64,000 nucleotides of DNA from a virus (lineage: Duplodnaviria > Caudoviricetes). Numbering within the stretch: the stretch's first letter is position 1; each line of letters opens with the position of its first letter. The notes below the pieces were generated by a model that searched no databases, was not told the origin of the DNA, and worked only from the letters and a program-made list of their open reading frames with translations. The position numbers and the translations under genes were made by a program. The stretch spans positions 1 through 64,000 of IMG/VR virus record IMGVR_UViG_2974674860_000001. The stretch is one strand, 5' to 3'. Shown one piece after another: positions 37,554-45,445 of the stretch.

Positions 37554-37698
37554 GACCCCTGTCGATAGGGCCGATCACCAACATCTTCACGCCCGACGAG
37601 AAGACCCGACTCGGCCGGTGCCAGATCTGCGAATGGCACCTCAAGAAGCAGGGGCACCACCCCGACTGTCCATCCCAGAAACGAAAGCGAGGTCGACG

Positions 37699-37899
37699 AT
37701 GAAGCACATCCCCCTGCGACCACCCACGCCCGGCGAGGCCATGTCCGCGGCGATCACGCTCATCCGCCTCGCTGAGTACGAGGGCAGCTACCAGAACGAG
37801 TCTCGCGAGTTCAGCGCGAAATACCTCGGCGAATGGGCTGACAACCGCCGGGCCGAGCTTCGAGACGAGGAGGCCGCCGGTGTCGACAACCACGCTTGA
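37699..37899 (+). CDS. hypothetical protein
   Basis: ORF overlapping the xseA start; start uncertain. Confidence 0.6.
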   Translation: MKHIPLRPPTPGEAMSAAITLIRLAEYEGSYQNESREFSAKYLGEWADNRRAELRDEEAAGVDNHA

Positions 37900-39199
37900 T
37901 ACCCCGATCCGCGTCAAGGAACTCAACACCAAGATCGGTGCCTGGATCTCCCGCCTCGGCCACATCCATGTCGAAGGCCAGGTCACCCAGATCAACCGGC
38001 GACCAGGCGCGCACACCGCATTCCTGACGCTCCGCGACCCCCAGGCGGCGGCCTCCGTGTCCGTCACTGCGTCGCCAGGGAAGATCCCGGCCGAACTCAC
38101 CGACGGCGACAGCGTCGTCGTCTTCGGCAAGCCATCGTTCTGGCAGGGCCGCGGCAACCTTTCCCTGCGTGCGAGCGAGATCCACCAGGTCGGCGAGGGT
38201 GACCTCCTGCGCCGCATCGCACTCTTCCGCCAATCGCTGGCCGGCGAGGGCGCACTGCGACCCGAGTTGAAGAAGCGCCTGCCGATGCTCCCACGCCGGA
38301 TCGGCCTCATCACCGGCGCAGAGTCCGCCGCCGAGCGTGACGTCCTGAGTGTCGCCAAGCAGCGATGGGCCGCCGCCGACTTCTGCGTCATCAACACCCC
38401 TGTCCAGGGCCCGTCGACGTCCCGCGAGGTTGCCCGAGCGATCAAGGCGCTCGACGACCAGGACGACATCGACGTCATCATCATCGCCCGCGGCGGTGGC
38501 AGCGTCGAAGACCTCCTGCCCTTCTCCAGTGAGCAGATCATCCGCGCAGTGATGATGTGCGAAACCCCGGTCATCTCTGCAATCGGCCACGAGCCCGACA
38601 ATCCGGTGCTCGACGACGTCGCCGACTTCCGTGCAGCCACCCCGACCGACGCCGCGAAGAACGTCGTCCCCGACGCCATGGTCGAGGTCGCCGGCCTACT
38701 CACCGTCGGCGAGTCCCTCGCCTCGGCATTCGCTCGCAACGTCGAGCGCGAGGTCACGGGACTGCATTCCATGGAAGCCCGAGTGAACGGGCTCGGCGGT
38801 CAGATCCTCGCCCGCGAACGATCCACCTTCAACGGCTGGCGCAGTCAGTTCGACCTGACCATGGCCCACTCACTCCAGTCGGAGCGGAACTCGCTCCTGT
38901 CGTTCTCCAATGCCATCCGCTACGCCAATCCCGGCTCGCGGATCGAGAACGAGTATGTGGCCATCGCAGCCCTTGGAGACCACCTCGAAGCAGTCTCTCC
39001 GAAGGCCGTCATGGAGCGCGGATTCGCGATCGTCACCAACGCACGAACGGGTGACGTGATCACCACTGGCAGTCAGATCTCCGGCGGCACAAGCCTGACC
39101 ATCACCTTCGCCGACGGCAGCACCAGGGACGTCATGGCACTCGCACTGCCCCACTCATCGGTGGGGATCAAACAACCCGAAGGGACCGAAGCACAGTGA
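37880..39199 (+). CDS. xseA: exodeoxyribonuclease VII large subunit
   Basis: N-terminal OB fold (HVEGQVTQ..FLTLRD), RRIGLITG, IARGGGSVEDLLPFS, VISAIGHEPD..ADFRAATPTDAA, PKAVMERGF. Confidence 0.95.
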   Translation: MSTTTLDTPIRVKELNTKIGAWISRLGHIHVEGQVTQINRRPGAHTAFLTLRDPQAAASVSVTASPGKIPAELTDGDSVVVFGKPSFWQGRGNLSLRASEIHQVGEGDLLRRIALFRQSLAGEGALRPELKKRLPMLPRRIGLITGAESAAERDVLSVAKQRWAAADFCVINTPVQGPSTSREVARAIKALDDQDDIDVIIIARGGGSVEDLLPFSSEQIIRAVMMCETPVISAIGHEPDNPVLDDVADFRAATPTDAAKNVVPDAMVEVAGLLTVGESLASAFARNVEREVTGLHSMEARVNGLGGQILARERSTFNGWRSQFDLTMAHSLQSERNSLLSFSNAIRYANPGSRIENEYVAIAALGDHLEAVSPKAVMERGFAIVTNARTGDVITTGSQISGGTSLTITFADGSTRDVMALALPHSSVGIKQPEGTEAQ

Positions 39200-39372
39200 C
39201 CTACGAAGAGAAGAAGGCCGAGCTGAACGGCCTCGTCCAGAAGATCGAGAAAGGCGGGCTCACCCTCGACGAGCAGCTCGAACTCTGGAACCGCGGCAAG
39301 GAACTCATCGACGAGCTGGAGAAGATGCTCGGCACCTACGAGGACCGGATCAAGGAAGGGCACGCCGCGTGA
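39196..39372 (+). CDS. xseB: exodeoxyribonuclease VII small subunit
   Basis: TYEEKKAELNGLVQKIEKGGLTLDEQLELWNRGKEL matches the XseB pattern; GTGA-coupled to xseA. Confidence 0.88.
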   Translation: MTYEEKKAELNGLVQKIEKGGLTLDEQLELWNRGKELIDELEKMLGTYEDRIKEGHAA

Positions 39373-39671
39373 CGGCCGCCCCAACCGGCCTGAACGTCGA
39401 AGAGGCTCGTCAGCGTCTCAACGACCTGGTCTTCAACCAGCTCGACATGCACACCGTCCTCGATGTCATTGTCGAGCACAAGCGGGCACTCGACGAGATC
39501 GAGCAACTGCGACTCAGCTCCAGGTCCCGAGCCCTCGACTATGAGGACACCGTCCAGCATCTGACCCGCAAGCTCGATGAGATTGCCGACATCAGCCGAA
39601 GTGCACGTGGGATGGACTCGTATGGCCGTGGCGTGCAGCTCAGTCGAATCGCAGAGCTGGCGACCGTATGA
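39369..39671 (+). CDS. hypothetical protein
   Basis: coupled ORF. Confidence 0.7.
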   Translation: MTAAPTGLNVEEARQRLNDLVFNQLDMHTVLDVIVEHKRALDEIEQLRLSSRSRALDYEDTVQHLTRKLDEIADISRSARGMDSYGRGVQLSRIAELATV

Positions 39672-40063
39672 AGCGCATCCTGATCACCGGCGGCCGCGAC
39701 TGGACCGACGTCACCCGAATCGGCTGGGCCCTCCGCGACCTCTGGATCGACTGGGGCGAGCCGACAGACGCAATCCTCGTTGAAGGCGAGTGTCCCCACG
39801 GCGGTGCAGACATCATCGCCCGCGACGTCTGGCTCAGCAGGGGGTACCCGGTAGAGCGTGTGCCCGCCAACTGGAAAGAACTCGGCAAGGCTGCGGGCCC
39901 GTACCGCAATCAGCTGATGGTGGACCGCGGCGCCGACATGTGCCTCGCCTTCCCGACCGCCAAGTCCCGCGGCACCTGGGACTGCGTTCGCCGAGCACGC
40001 GATGCCGGCATCCCCATTCGGATCTATCACGCCGACGGCACCTATGAAGAGGAGTACCCATGA
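39668..40063 (+). CDS. SLOG-family (DUF2493/YspA-like) protein
   Basis: RILITGGRDW...GGAD...AGPYRNQLM...SRGTWDC. Confidence 0.85.
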   Translation: MKRILITGGRDWTDVTRIGWALRDLWIDWGEPTDAILVEGECPHGGADIIARDVWLSRGYPVERVPANWKELGKAAGPYRNQLMVDRGADMCLAFPTAKSRGTWDCVRRARDAGIPIRIYHADGTYEEEYP

Positions 40064-40242
40064 TCAACCCCGAGGACCTCAAGAGCGGCACCATCCACGA
40101 ACTCTCGTCCGCGCTGGCCGACATTGACAGTCTCGCCCAGCTGGCGGTCGAAAGCCTCGACGGCGAGATCGAGCACCTCGCCGAGATCGCCTACGCCGCG
40201 GTGGACGAGCTACAGGATGCAATCCAGGCTCGGCGGTCATGA
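40060..40242 (+). CDS. small acidic hypothetical protein
   Basis: coupled ORF with RBS GAGGAG. Confidence 0.7.
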   Translation: MINPEDLKSGTIHELSSALADIDSLAQLAVESLDGEIEHLAEIAYAAVDELQDAIQARRS

Positions 40243-40478
40243 GCGGCCACGTGAGGAGCGGGAAGGGCCGACCATGCCCCACCCCGAGCAAGACCGTCTA
40301 CGGCAGCGGCTACGAGGCAGAGCGGGCCATGTACAAGATGTGGCGGGCCGGACGGGCTCGGCGCGGGAACAAACTCCCGAGCCGAACCTACCGATGCCCC
40401 TGTGGGAAGTGGCATCTCACGTCCAAGCCGAAGCGCGATCGAGTCCAGGTCAACGAGGGGAACTATGTCCGTCAGTAG
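40239..40478 (+). CDS. small Zn-finger-like protein
   Basis: CPTPSK...YRCPCGKWHLTS. Confidence 0.75.
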   Translation: MSGHVRSGKGRPCPTPSKTVYGSGYEAERAMYKMWRAGRARRGNKLPSRTYRCPCGKWHLTSKPKRDRVQVNEGNYVRQ

Positions 40479-40692
40479 AGATCACCTGGTCGACATGATC
40501 GGCTCGACCGCCCCGGGTGAGATGATCGATCTGAACATCGCAATCAGCGGCTGTGACGACACCACTGAGTTCACATTCGCCTGCCACCTCGGCGCGGCGG
40601 TGTGGATCGCCGAGATGGCCGAACGCAGTCAAGCGGAGTCCGAGTACAACTGTCAGCCACGCATCATCGTCAGAAGCGCGAAGCTGCAGTGA
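40465..40692 (+). CDS. hypothetical protein
   Basis: RBS GAGGGG; codon usage. Confidence 0.65.
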   Translation: MSVSRDHLVDMIGSTAPGEMIDLNIAISGCDDTTEFTFACHLGAAVWIAEMAERSQAESEYNCQPRIIVRSAKLQ

Positions 40693-40931
40693 CCAGCGAC
40701 AAGGAGAGGCGACCCCACCAGCCCGTCGTGGCGACCTGGGAGAACCCCTGCTTCCCGCCGGCGGACCGCCCGGTAGAGATCCCCTACATCTACCGGGCGC
40801 CCGACACGGGCTGGCTGGATGACCAGATCGCCGAGCTGCGCCGCCTGATGCCCGACCGAGGTGCGCTCGCCGACGCAGTCAGGGCGGCGAAGGAGGCCTG
40901 GGCGCGTGCCGGTGGATTCACCTCCTTCTGA
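40689..40931 (+). CDS. hypothetical protein
   Basis: GTGA-coupled. Confidence 0.65.
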   Translation: MTSDKERRPHQPVVATWENPCFPPADRPVEIPYIYRAPDTGWLDDQIAELRRLMPDRGALADAVRAAKEAWARAGGFTSF

Positions 40932-41370
40932 CCCTGCGACGTCGCAGGCCGTGAAGCGGTGTGGCCGGTGCAAGATCGACCGACCGGTGACCGCGTTCCA
41001 CAAGAACAGGTCGACCAAGGATGGACTCCAGAAGTCGTGCAAATCGTGCGTCAAGGAGATCAACCGGACGTACTACCTCAGCTCGCCCCAGAAGAGCGGT
41101 GATCGACTCCGTAGCCGCAACAGGGCTAGATGGGCAGCGCGACTCGTCGTGCGTGCATTCAAGGCGTCCCACTCGTGCGTCGACTGCGGACTCAGGGATC
41201 GGGTCGTCATGGAGTTCGACCATGTCCGCGGTGAAAAGCTCGGCGACCTTTCCAGAATGGCAAATGACGGATTCGGCGTCGAAAAGATTCTCGCGGAAAT
41301 AGCGAAATGCGACCTGGTTTGTGCGAATTGCCACCGGCGCAGAACGGCCAGTCGGGCGGGCTGGAGATAG
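40906..41370 (+). CDS. HNH endonuclease (freestanding, Zn-binding)
   Basis: CGRC...CKSC; CVDC...EFDHVRG...LVCANCHRRRT; start uncertain (40906 or 40951). Confidence 0.85.
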   Translation: MPVDSPPSDPATSQAVKRCGRCKIDRPVTAFHKNRSTKDGLQKSCKSCVKEINRTYYLSSPQKSGDRLRSRNRARWAARLVVRAFKASHSCVDCGLRDRVVMEFDHVRGEKLGDLSRMANDGFGVEKILAEIAKCDLVCANCHRRRTASRAGWR

Positions 41371-41384
41371 GGGATAGGAATCGA

Positions 41385-41570
41385 ATGCCGGGAATGATGC
41401 ACCACAATTGCAGCCGCGGTTGTTGCCTGCGCGGATCTCGGCGGATCGACTACGAGGAGGTTCGCCGCCAGATCGAGGACGAGCTGCACGGACTGCCCGA
41501 GGTCGACCTGACCCTCTGCCCGATCCTCAATATCAGATGTCCCGACGACTGTGCGGGCGACTACTGCTAG
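41385..41570 (+). CDS. small Cys-rich hypothetical protein
   Basis: RBS GATAGGA; 7 Cys in 61 aa. Confidence 0.6.
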   Translation: MPGMMHHNCSRGCCLRGSRRIDYEEVRRQIEDELHGLPEVDLTLCPILNIRCPDDCAGDYC

Positions 41571-41578
41571 GAGATGCG

Positions 41579-41767
41579 TTGAAAGACAGCACAATCGGGG
41601 AGTACACCTACAACCAGGTCCCCATCAGTGCACGGGAGATTGTTTCCGAGCGGCTGTACCACCAGGTGGGCATGCAGCGCGGGTACGCCATCGAGGTGGC
41701 CGGCAAAATCGTCGAGGACCTGGGCCGATGGTTCGACCTGCAGCCCGACCCGCCATTCCGCCGATAG
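41579..41767 (+). CDS. hypothetical protein
   Basis: AGGAG before TTG41579. Confidence 0.6.
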   Translation: MKDSTIGEYTYNQVPISAREIVSERLYHQVGMQRGYAIEVAGKIVEDLGRWFDLQPDPPFRR

Positions 41768-41783
41768 CCCCCCCGGGCGCCAC

Positions 41784-41816
41784 GAAGGCCCCCCGTCATT
41801 GCGACGGGGGGCCTTC
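41784..41816. terminator. hairpin between the converging xseAB operon and tRNA-Lys
   Basis: perfect 14-bp stem GAAGGCCCCCCGTC/GACGGGGGGCCTTC. Confidence 0.85.
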
Positions 41817-41820
41817 TGCG

Positions 41821-42131
41821 TGCCCCCTCGGAGTTTCGATCTCCGCACCCGCGGATTAACTGTCCCACTTCGACTTTCGCCGCCGCAGTGCTCTGCGTTC
41901 GTGGTCTGGACTATCCCTTGACCGTAGGCTCGCGCCCGTAGGTCCGACCCGTCTAGTCTCTACACCTTCCGCCAGGCTGGCTGCCTGGCGACTTGGCTCG
42001 GGATTGCCAGCTGGCCGGGGCGGGCCAGGGGAGGGTTCCCCGAGTTTGAGTCGTGCCATCCGGTCGGTTTCCCGGCCGGCGCTCCTATTTGGTTGTGAAG
42101 TCCGCTGCTCTTCCGAATGAGCTAAGGGGGC
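41821..42131 (-). tRNA. tRNA-Lys(UUU) interrupted after U34 by a group I intron (exons 42131-42098 and 41859-41821)
   Basis: the spliced 73-mer has perfect stems: acceptor GCCCCCT/AGGGGGC, D GCTC/GAGC, anticodon GCGGA/TCCGC with loop CT-TTT-AA, T CGGAG/CTCCG; discriminator A73; no encoded CCA. Confidence 0.95.
41860..42097 (-). ncRNA. group I self-splicing intron, 238 nt, IC3/Azoarcus-like, no ORF
   Basis: P1 CUU/GAG with U.G at the splice site; P2 GAAA loop; P3 CGACUC/GGGUCG; P4 CUCGGG/CCCGAG; P6a; P7 GACUA/UAGUC (GUGUAGAGACUAGACGG ... AAGGGAUAGUCCAG); P9 GGC-GAAA-GUC; terminal omega-G. Confidence 0.95.
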
Positions 42132-42282
42132 GGGTCAGAGACTAGCAGGTGGGCGGCGGTGCGACCCAGCCGCGGCCCTCCTGCTCTAGCCCTCAGTTCA
42201 CGCACACCCACTTCGCGTATGCGGACTGTAAACGGACTCGGTTTCCGAAACCTGCGCTGAGCTGGGGTTTTATGGGGTGGCT

Positions 42283-42302
42283 CTGCGGATTAAAAGTCCG
42301 TA
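42283..42302 (-). other. probable attP core matching the anticodon arm of tRNA-Lys(UUU)
   Basis: minus strand TACGGACTTTTAATCCGCAG; 400 bp upstream of the integrase; no adjoining D- or T-arm. Confidence 0.75.
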
Positions 42303-42697
42303 GAATGGACCATGCACACGCTGCATCTTTGAGTCAAATGCGCAGGTCAGAGGCCATCATGTAGACTCAAGGTAGTCCAAGATCCCCCTTGGATAAACGG
42401 ACAGATAAACGGACTCGACGGACGGAGCCCCGCGATGCAGGTTCAGACCCACCTCAACCCCTCCACTCGTCGATGCCGGGCGACGGCGCTCGCCGCCGAC
42501 CGCGAGCCTGTGCTCGCTGGTGCCGATCGGCCCGACCTTCCGTCCTGGATTGCGCAGCCGGCGATTGTGCGTCAATGCGGAGGGCCCGCTGGACACTCGG
42601 GGGATCACGAATCTCACTGGAATGGGAAGCCGTTTCTCTGGCCCAATTCGAGCTACTGATTCCACTCACCTCAAGATTGCATTCAGGAGACTTAACA

Positions 42698-44056
42698 ATG
42701 GATGAAACGGGCACACGAGCGAAGCGCGGCAGCGGCGGTATTCGATACCGGGCCGACAAGGACATCTGGATCGCCAGTGAAACCGTCACGCTCAACGGGA
42801 AGAGGACGCGACTCGAAGCCACGGGCAAGACCGAGACGAAGGCCCGCGCTGCCATCGCGAAGAAGCGCAACGAGTTCATCCGCGGGAAGAAGAAGAAGGC
42901 GAGCCGAGGAACCGTCACGGAGTGGCTGAACAAGTTCACCGACGAGATCGCGATCCATGACATCCGGCCGGGCACGATGCGCTCGTACAAGAGCGTCATC
43001 AACAACCACATCATTCCGACGATCGGAGACAAGAAGCTGGCCACCCTGGAGCCCGCCGACGTGCGCACGATGCGCGACGAGATCATGCGTCGCTGTGAGG
43101 CCGCGGACAAGGCGGGAACATCCAAGCGCAAGGGTGCCGGGCCGAGCCGCGCTCGATACGCACAGACGGTCCTGTCGGTTGCGCTCGCGAGAGCCGTCCA
43201 GGATGAAGTGATTGATCGCAACGTGGCGAACAAGGAGTACGTGAAGAAGCTGCCCGCTCCCGACAAGGCAGTGGCCGCGCTCGATGCCGATCAGGCGAAG
43301 CGGTTCCTGCGCGATGTAGCCCGCAGCGAGGGCACCAACGCATCGCGGTGGGCGTTCGCGTTCCTGACGGGCGCACGGCAGGGCGAGATCCTCGGACTGG
43401 AGATCAACCGGCTCGACTTCACCTTCGACTCGTTGAAGCTCACCAAGCAGCTCCAGATCCTGCCGAACCGCCACGGCTGTGGTGAGCAGAATGAAGACGG
43501 GACATGGCCGTGCGGGAAGACCGCTCCCCGTGCGTGCAAAGACCGTGAGTTCGACATCTCGCCGACGTACGCCGAGCAGGTGAAGGTGCTCCACGGAAGC
43601 CTCGCCCTGGTCCCCACCAAGACGAAGATGTCGAAGCGCGACCTGCCGATGGTGGGGCCGTTGAAGAAGATCCTCCAGGCGCACCTGGAGGCCACGGCGC
43701 ATATGCCCAACCCGCACGGCCTGGTGTGGCGAAACGAGGACGGTTCGCCGCTGCAGCCGCGCAGTGACTTCGATACGTGGTCGGACGCTCTGACGAAGAG
43801 CGGCTTTGATCACATCAAGCTGCACTCGTCGAGGTCGAGCACGGCCAGCATCATGAGCGACATGGGAATCGATCGCGAGGTGATCGCGGAGATCCTTGGA
43901 CATACCAATCTGGAGACCACGGCTGGCTACGTTGCGGTGGGTGACAAGTTCCGGCGGGATGCGCTCGGAAAGGTCGGCGGTGCGCTGATGCTGGAGCTGT
44001 TCGGAGATGACGATGGTGACGACAACGCCCCGACGACAGAAGCCATCGGGGCGTGA
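42698..44056 (+). CDS. int: tyrosine integrase
   Basis: N-terminal arm-binding domain; GARQGE (R), KT, HSSR, LGHT, TAGY; RBS AGGAG before ATG42698. Confidence 0.95.
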   Translation: MDETGTRAKRGSGGIRYRADKDIWIASETVTLNGKRTRLEATGKTETKARAAIAKKRNEFIRGKKKKASRGTVTEWLNKFTDEIAIHDIRPGTMRSYKSVINNHIIPTIGDKKLATLEPADVRTMRDEIMRRCEAADKAGTSKRKGAGPSRARYAQTVLSVALARAVQDEVIDRNVANKEYVKKLPAPDKAVAALDADQAKRFLRDVARSEGTNASRWAFAFLTGARQGEILGLEINRLDFTFDSLKLTKQLQILPNRHGCGEQNEDGTWPCGKTAPRACKDREFDISPTYAEQVKVLHGSLALVPTKTKMSKRDLPMVGPLKKILQAHLEATAHMPNPHGLVWRNEDGSPLQPRSDFDTWSDALTKSGFDHIKLHSSRSSTASIMSDMGIDREVIAEILGHTNLETTAGYVAVGDKFRRDALGKVGGALMLELFGDDDGDDNAPTTEAIGA

Positions 44057-44079
44057 CGGTGATCAGGTCAGGCGCGGTC

Positions 44080-44853
44080 CTACGGGAACTCGGCGAGGTG
44101 TCGCTGCCGGCGCGGGCATTCCCCCGAGGTCTCGCGGAGTGCGACGGTCATCGCGAGCCCGGCAATGATCGAGGAGGCGAACACTACCGAGGTGATGCTG
44201 AGTGTGTTGAAGAAGGTCTCGGCCGGTACCGAGTTGTTGAACACGAAGCCAAGCGTGACAACCTGGCTGCCCCAGGCGAAGGCTGCGCCGGCGCCGAAGA
44301 GGTAGACGGCGATGATGTGCTTCTCCACGAAGCTCTGGGCGCGAACAACAATCGATGCGTATCCGAAGCACATGCCAGTAATGATGGCCAGCATGCCGAG
44401 CAGGATTGTGTAGGCGTTCATCCAGACGCCCTCGAAGCCCTTGAACTGCACGCCGTCGGGGAACTGGGTCGAGTCGGCGTAGGGGGAGCGGATGTAGGAG
44501 AGGATCATCCCGCCGGCGACAAGGACGCAACAGAGGATGACGGCCAGATGCAGGTCTGGTCGCCCGAGCGAATGGACGACGTGAAGCAGGAGGAGGGCGC
44601 ACAGTATGACCGAGAGCATGTCGCTGAGAAGCTCACCAGTATTCGCCGCGCCGACCAGGTCGTAGACAGGCCTGCCGATCAGTGGGTCCTGAATCCTCGG
44701 GGTTTTGGCAACAAGGGCGACCGCAAGAACGCCGGACGCCGCCGTCATGTATCGAGAGCTTGGGTCGATACGCCAGTACAGGACCACGCGGATCAAAAAG
44801 ATGGTGGCGAGCAGCAGGGCTGCTACTCCAAGGACGATGGTTGGGTGGTGCAT
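44080..44853 (-). CDS. 7-TM membrane protein (MAB_1171c-like architecture)
   Basis: seven hydrophobic segments by eye; TGATG-coupled to the HTH gene. Confidence 0.8.
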   Translation of the reverse strand: MHHPTIVLGVAALLLATIFLIRVVLYWRIDPSSRYMTAASGVLAVALVAKTPRIQDPLIGRPVYDLVGAANTGELLSDMLSVILCALLLLHVVHSLGRPDLHLAVILCCVLVAGGMILSYIRSPYADSTQFPDGVQFKGFEGVWMNAYTILLGMLAIITGMCFGYASIVVRAQSFVEKHIIAVYLFGAGAAFAWGSQVVTLGFVFNNSVPAETFFNTLSITSVVFASSIIAGLAMTVALRETSGECPRRQRHLAEFP

Positions 44854-45236
44854 CAGCTCAAGAAACCTCTTCCCCGACGCCGCGGTTTGGTGGTGCGTAC
44901 GCCGGCGTGCTCACCGCGGGCAAGAGCACGCGACGCCAGCTCGTCGAGCAGCTCTATCTCGGGGATAGCTGCCAATGGTTGTATCGCCGAACCCGCGACT
45001 TTCGCTACATCGGCGAGGTCAAGATGCCCGAGTTCTACAAGCATCTGGGACCGCGACACCTGGAAGAAGTCGCACATCTGCATGACCTCTTCGAGTCGGA
45101 ATCCCTCGTTGCCCGACATGCGTCGCGAGATCGTCGACACGTGGACGTTGAGGGCTTCGGCGATCTCGGACCGAGTGACATCTCGGCCGAGCATTTTGCC
45201 GAAGATCGCAATCGACTGCACTGTATCTCCGTTCAT
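44853..45236 (-). CDS. XRE-family HTH transcriptional regulator
   Basis: TRSEIAEALNVHVSTISRRMSG HTH. Confidence 0.85.
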   Translation of the reverse strand: MNGDTVQSIAIFGKMLGRDVTRSEIAEALNVHVSTISRRMSGNEGFRLEEVMQMCDFFQVSRSQMLVELGHLDLADVAKVAGSAIQPLAAIPEIELLDELASRALARGEHAGVRTTKPRRRGRGFLS

Positions 45237-45445
45237 TAAGCGCCCCCTGAGTGGAGCCTGTGCTGGAGATGTCTAGTTGCAGGTCTGCACATCGCCGTTC
45301 CGGGGTAGAAGGTACAGGTCAGAGCGGGTAGTTGACAATCCAAGTTCACTCAGGGTTAACTCGGTCGTGCAACAGCGCACACCGGGGGTCGGCGGTGCGA
45401 CGTGCAACACCCATCTCCAGCCCTGCGTGATCGTGAAGGATCTCA

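Noticed and set aside
41371-41379. GGGATAGGA resembling cluster K start-associated sequences
   Set aside because: Only one copy seen; explained as an ordinary RBS
42135-42145. TCAGAGACTA on the plus strand, matching the group I R element
   Set aside because: Isolated, on the strand opposite the real intron, with no matching S, P or Q elements; likely chance
42389-42697. 103-codon in-frame upstream extension of the integrase ORF
   Set aside because: Low-complexity, non-coding-like composition; ATG42698 has an AGGAG RBS and starts the recognisable arm-binding domain
44000-44056. Integrase C-terminus (TEAIGA) as an ssrA-like degron for integration-dependent immunity
   Set aside because: Weak match to the ssrA tag; attP is not inside a repressor gene; many genes here end in Ala because of overlapping start/stop sequences
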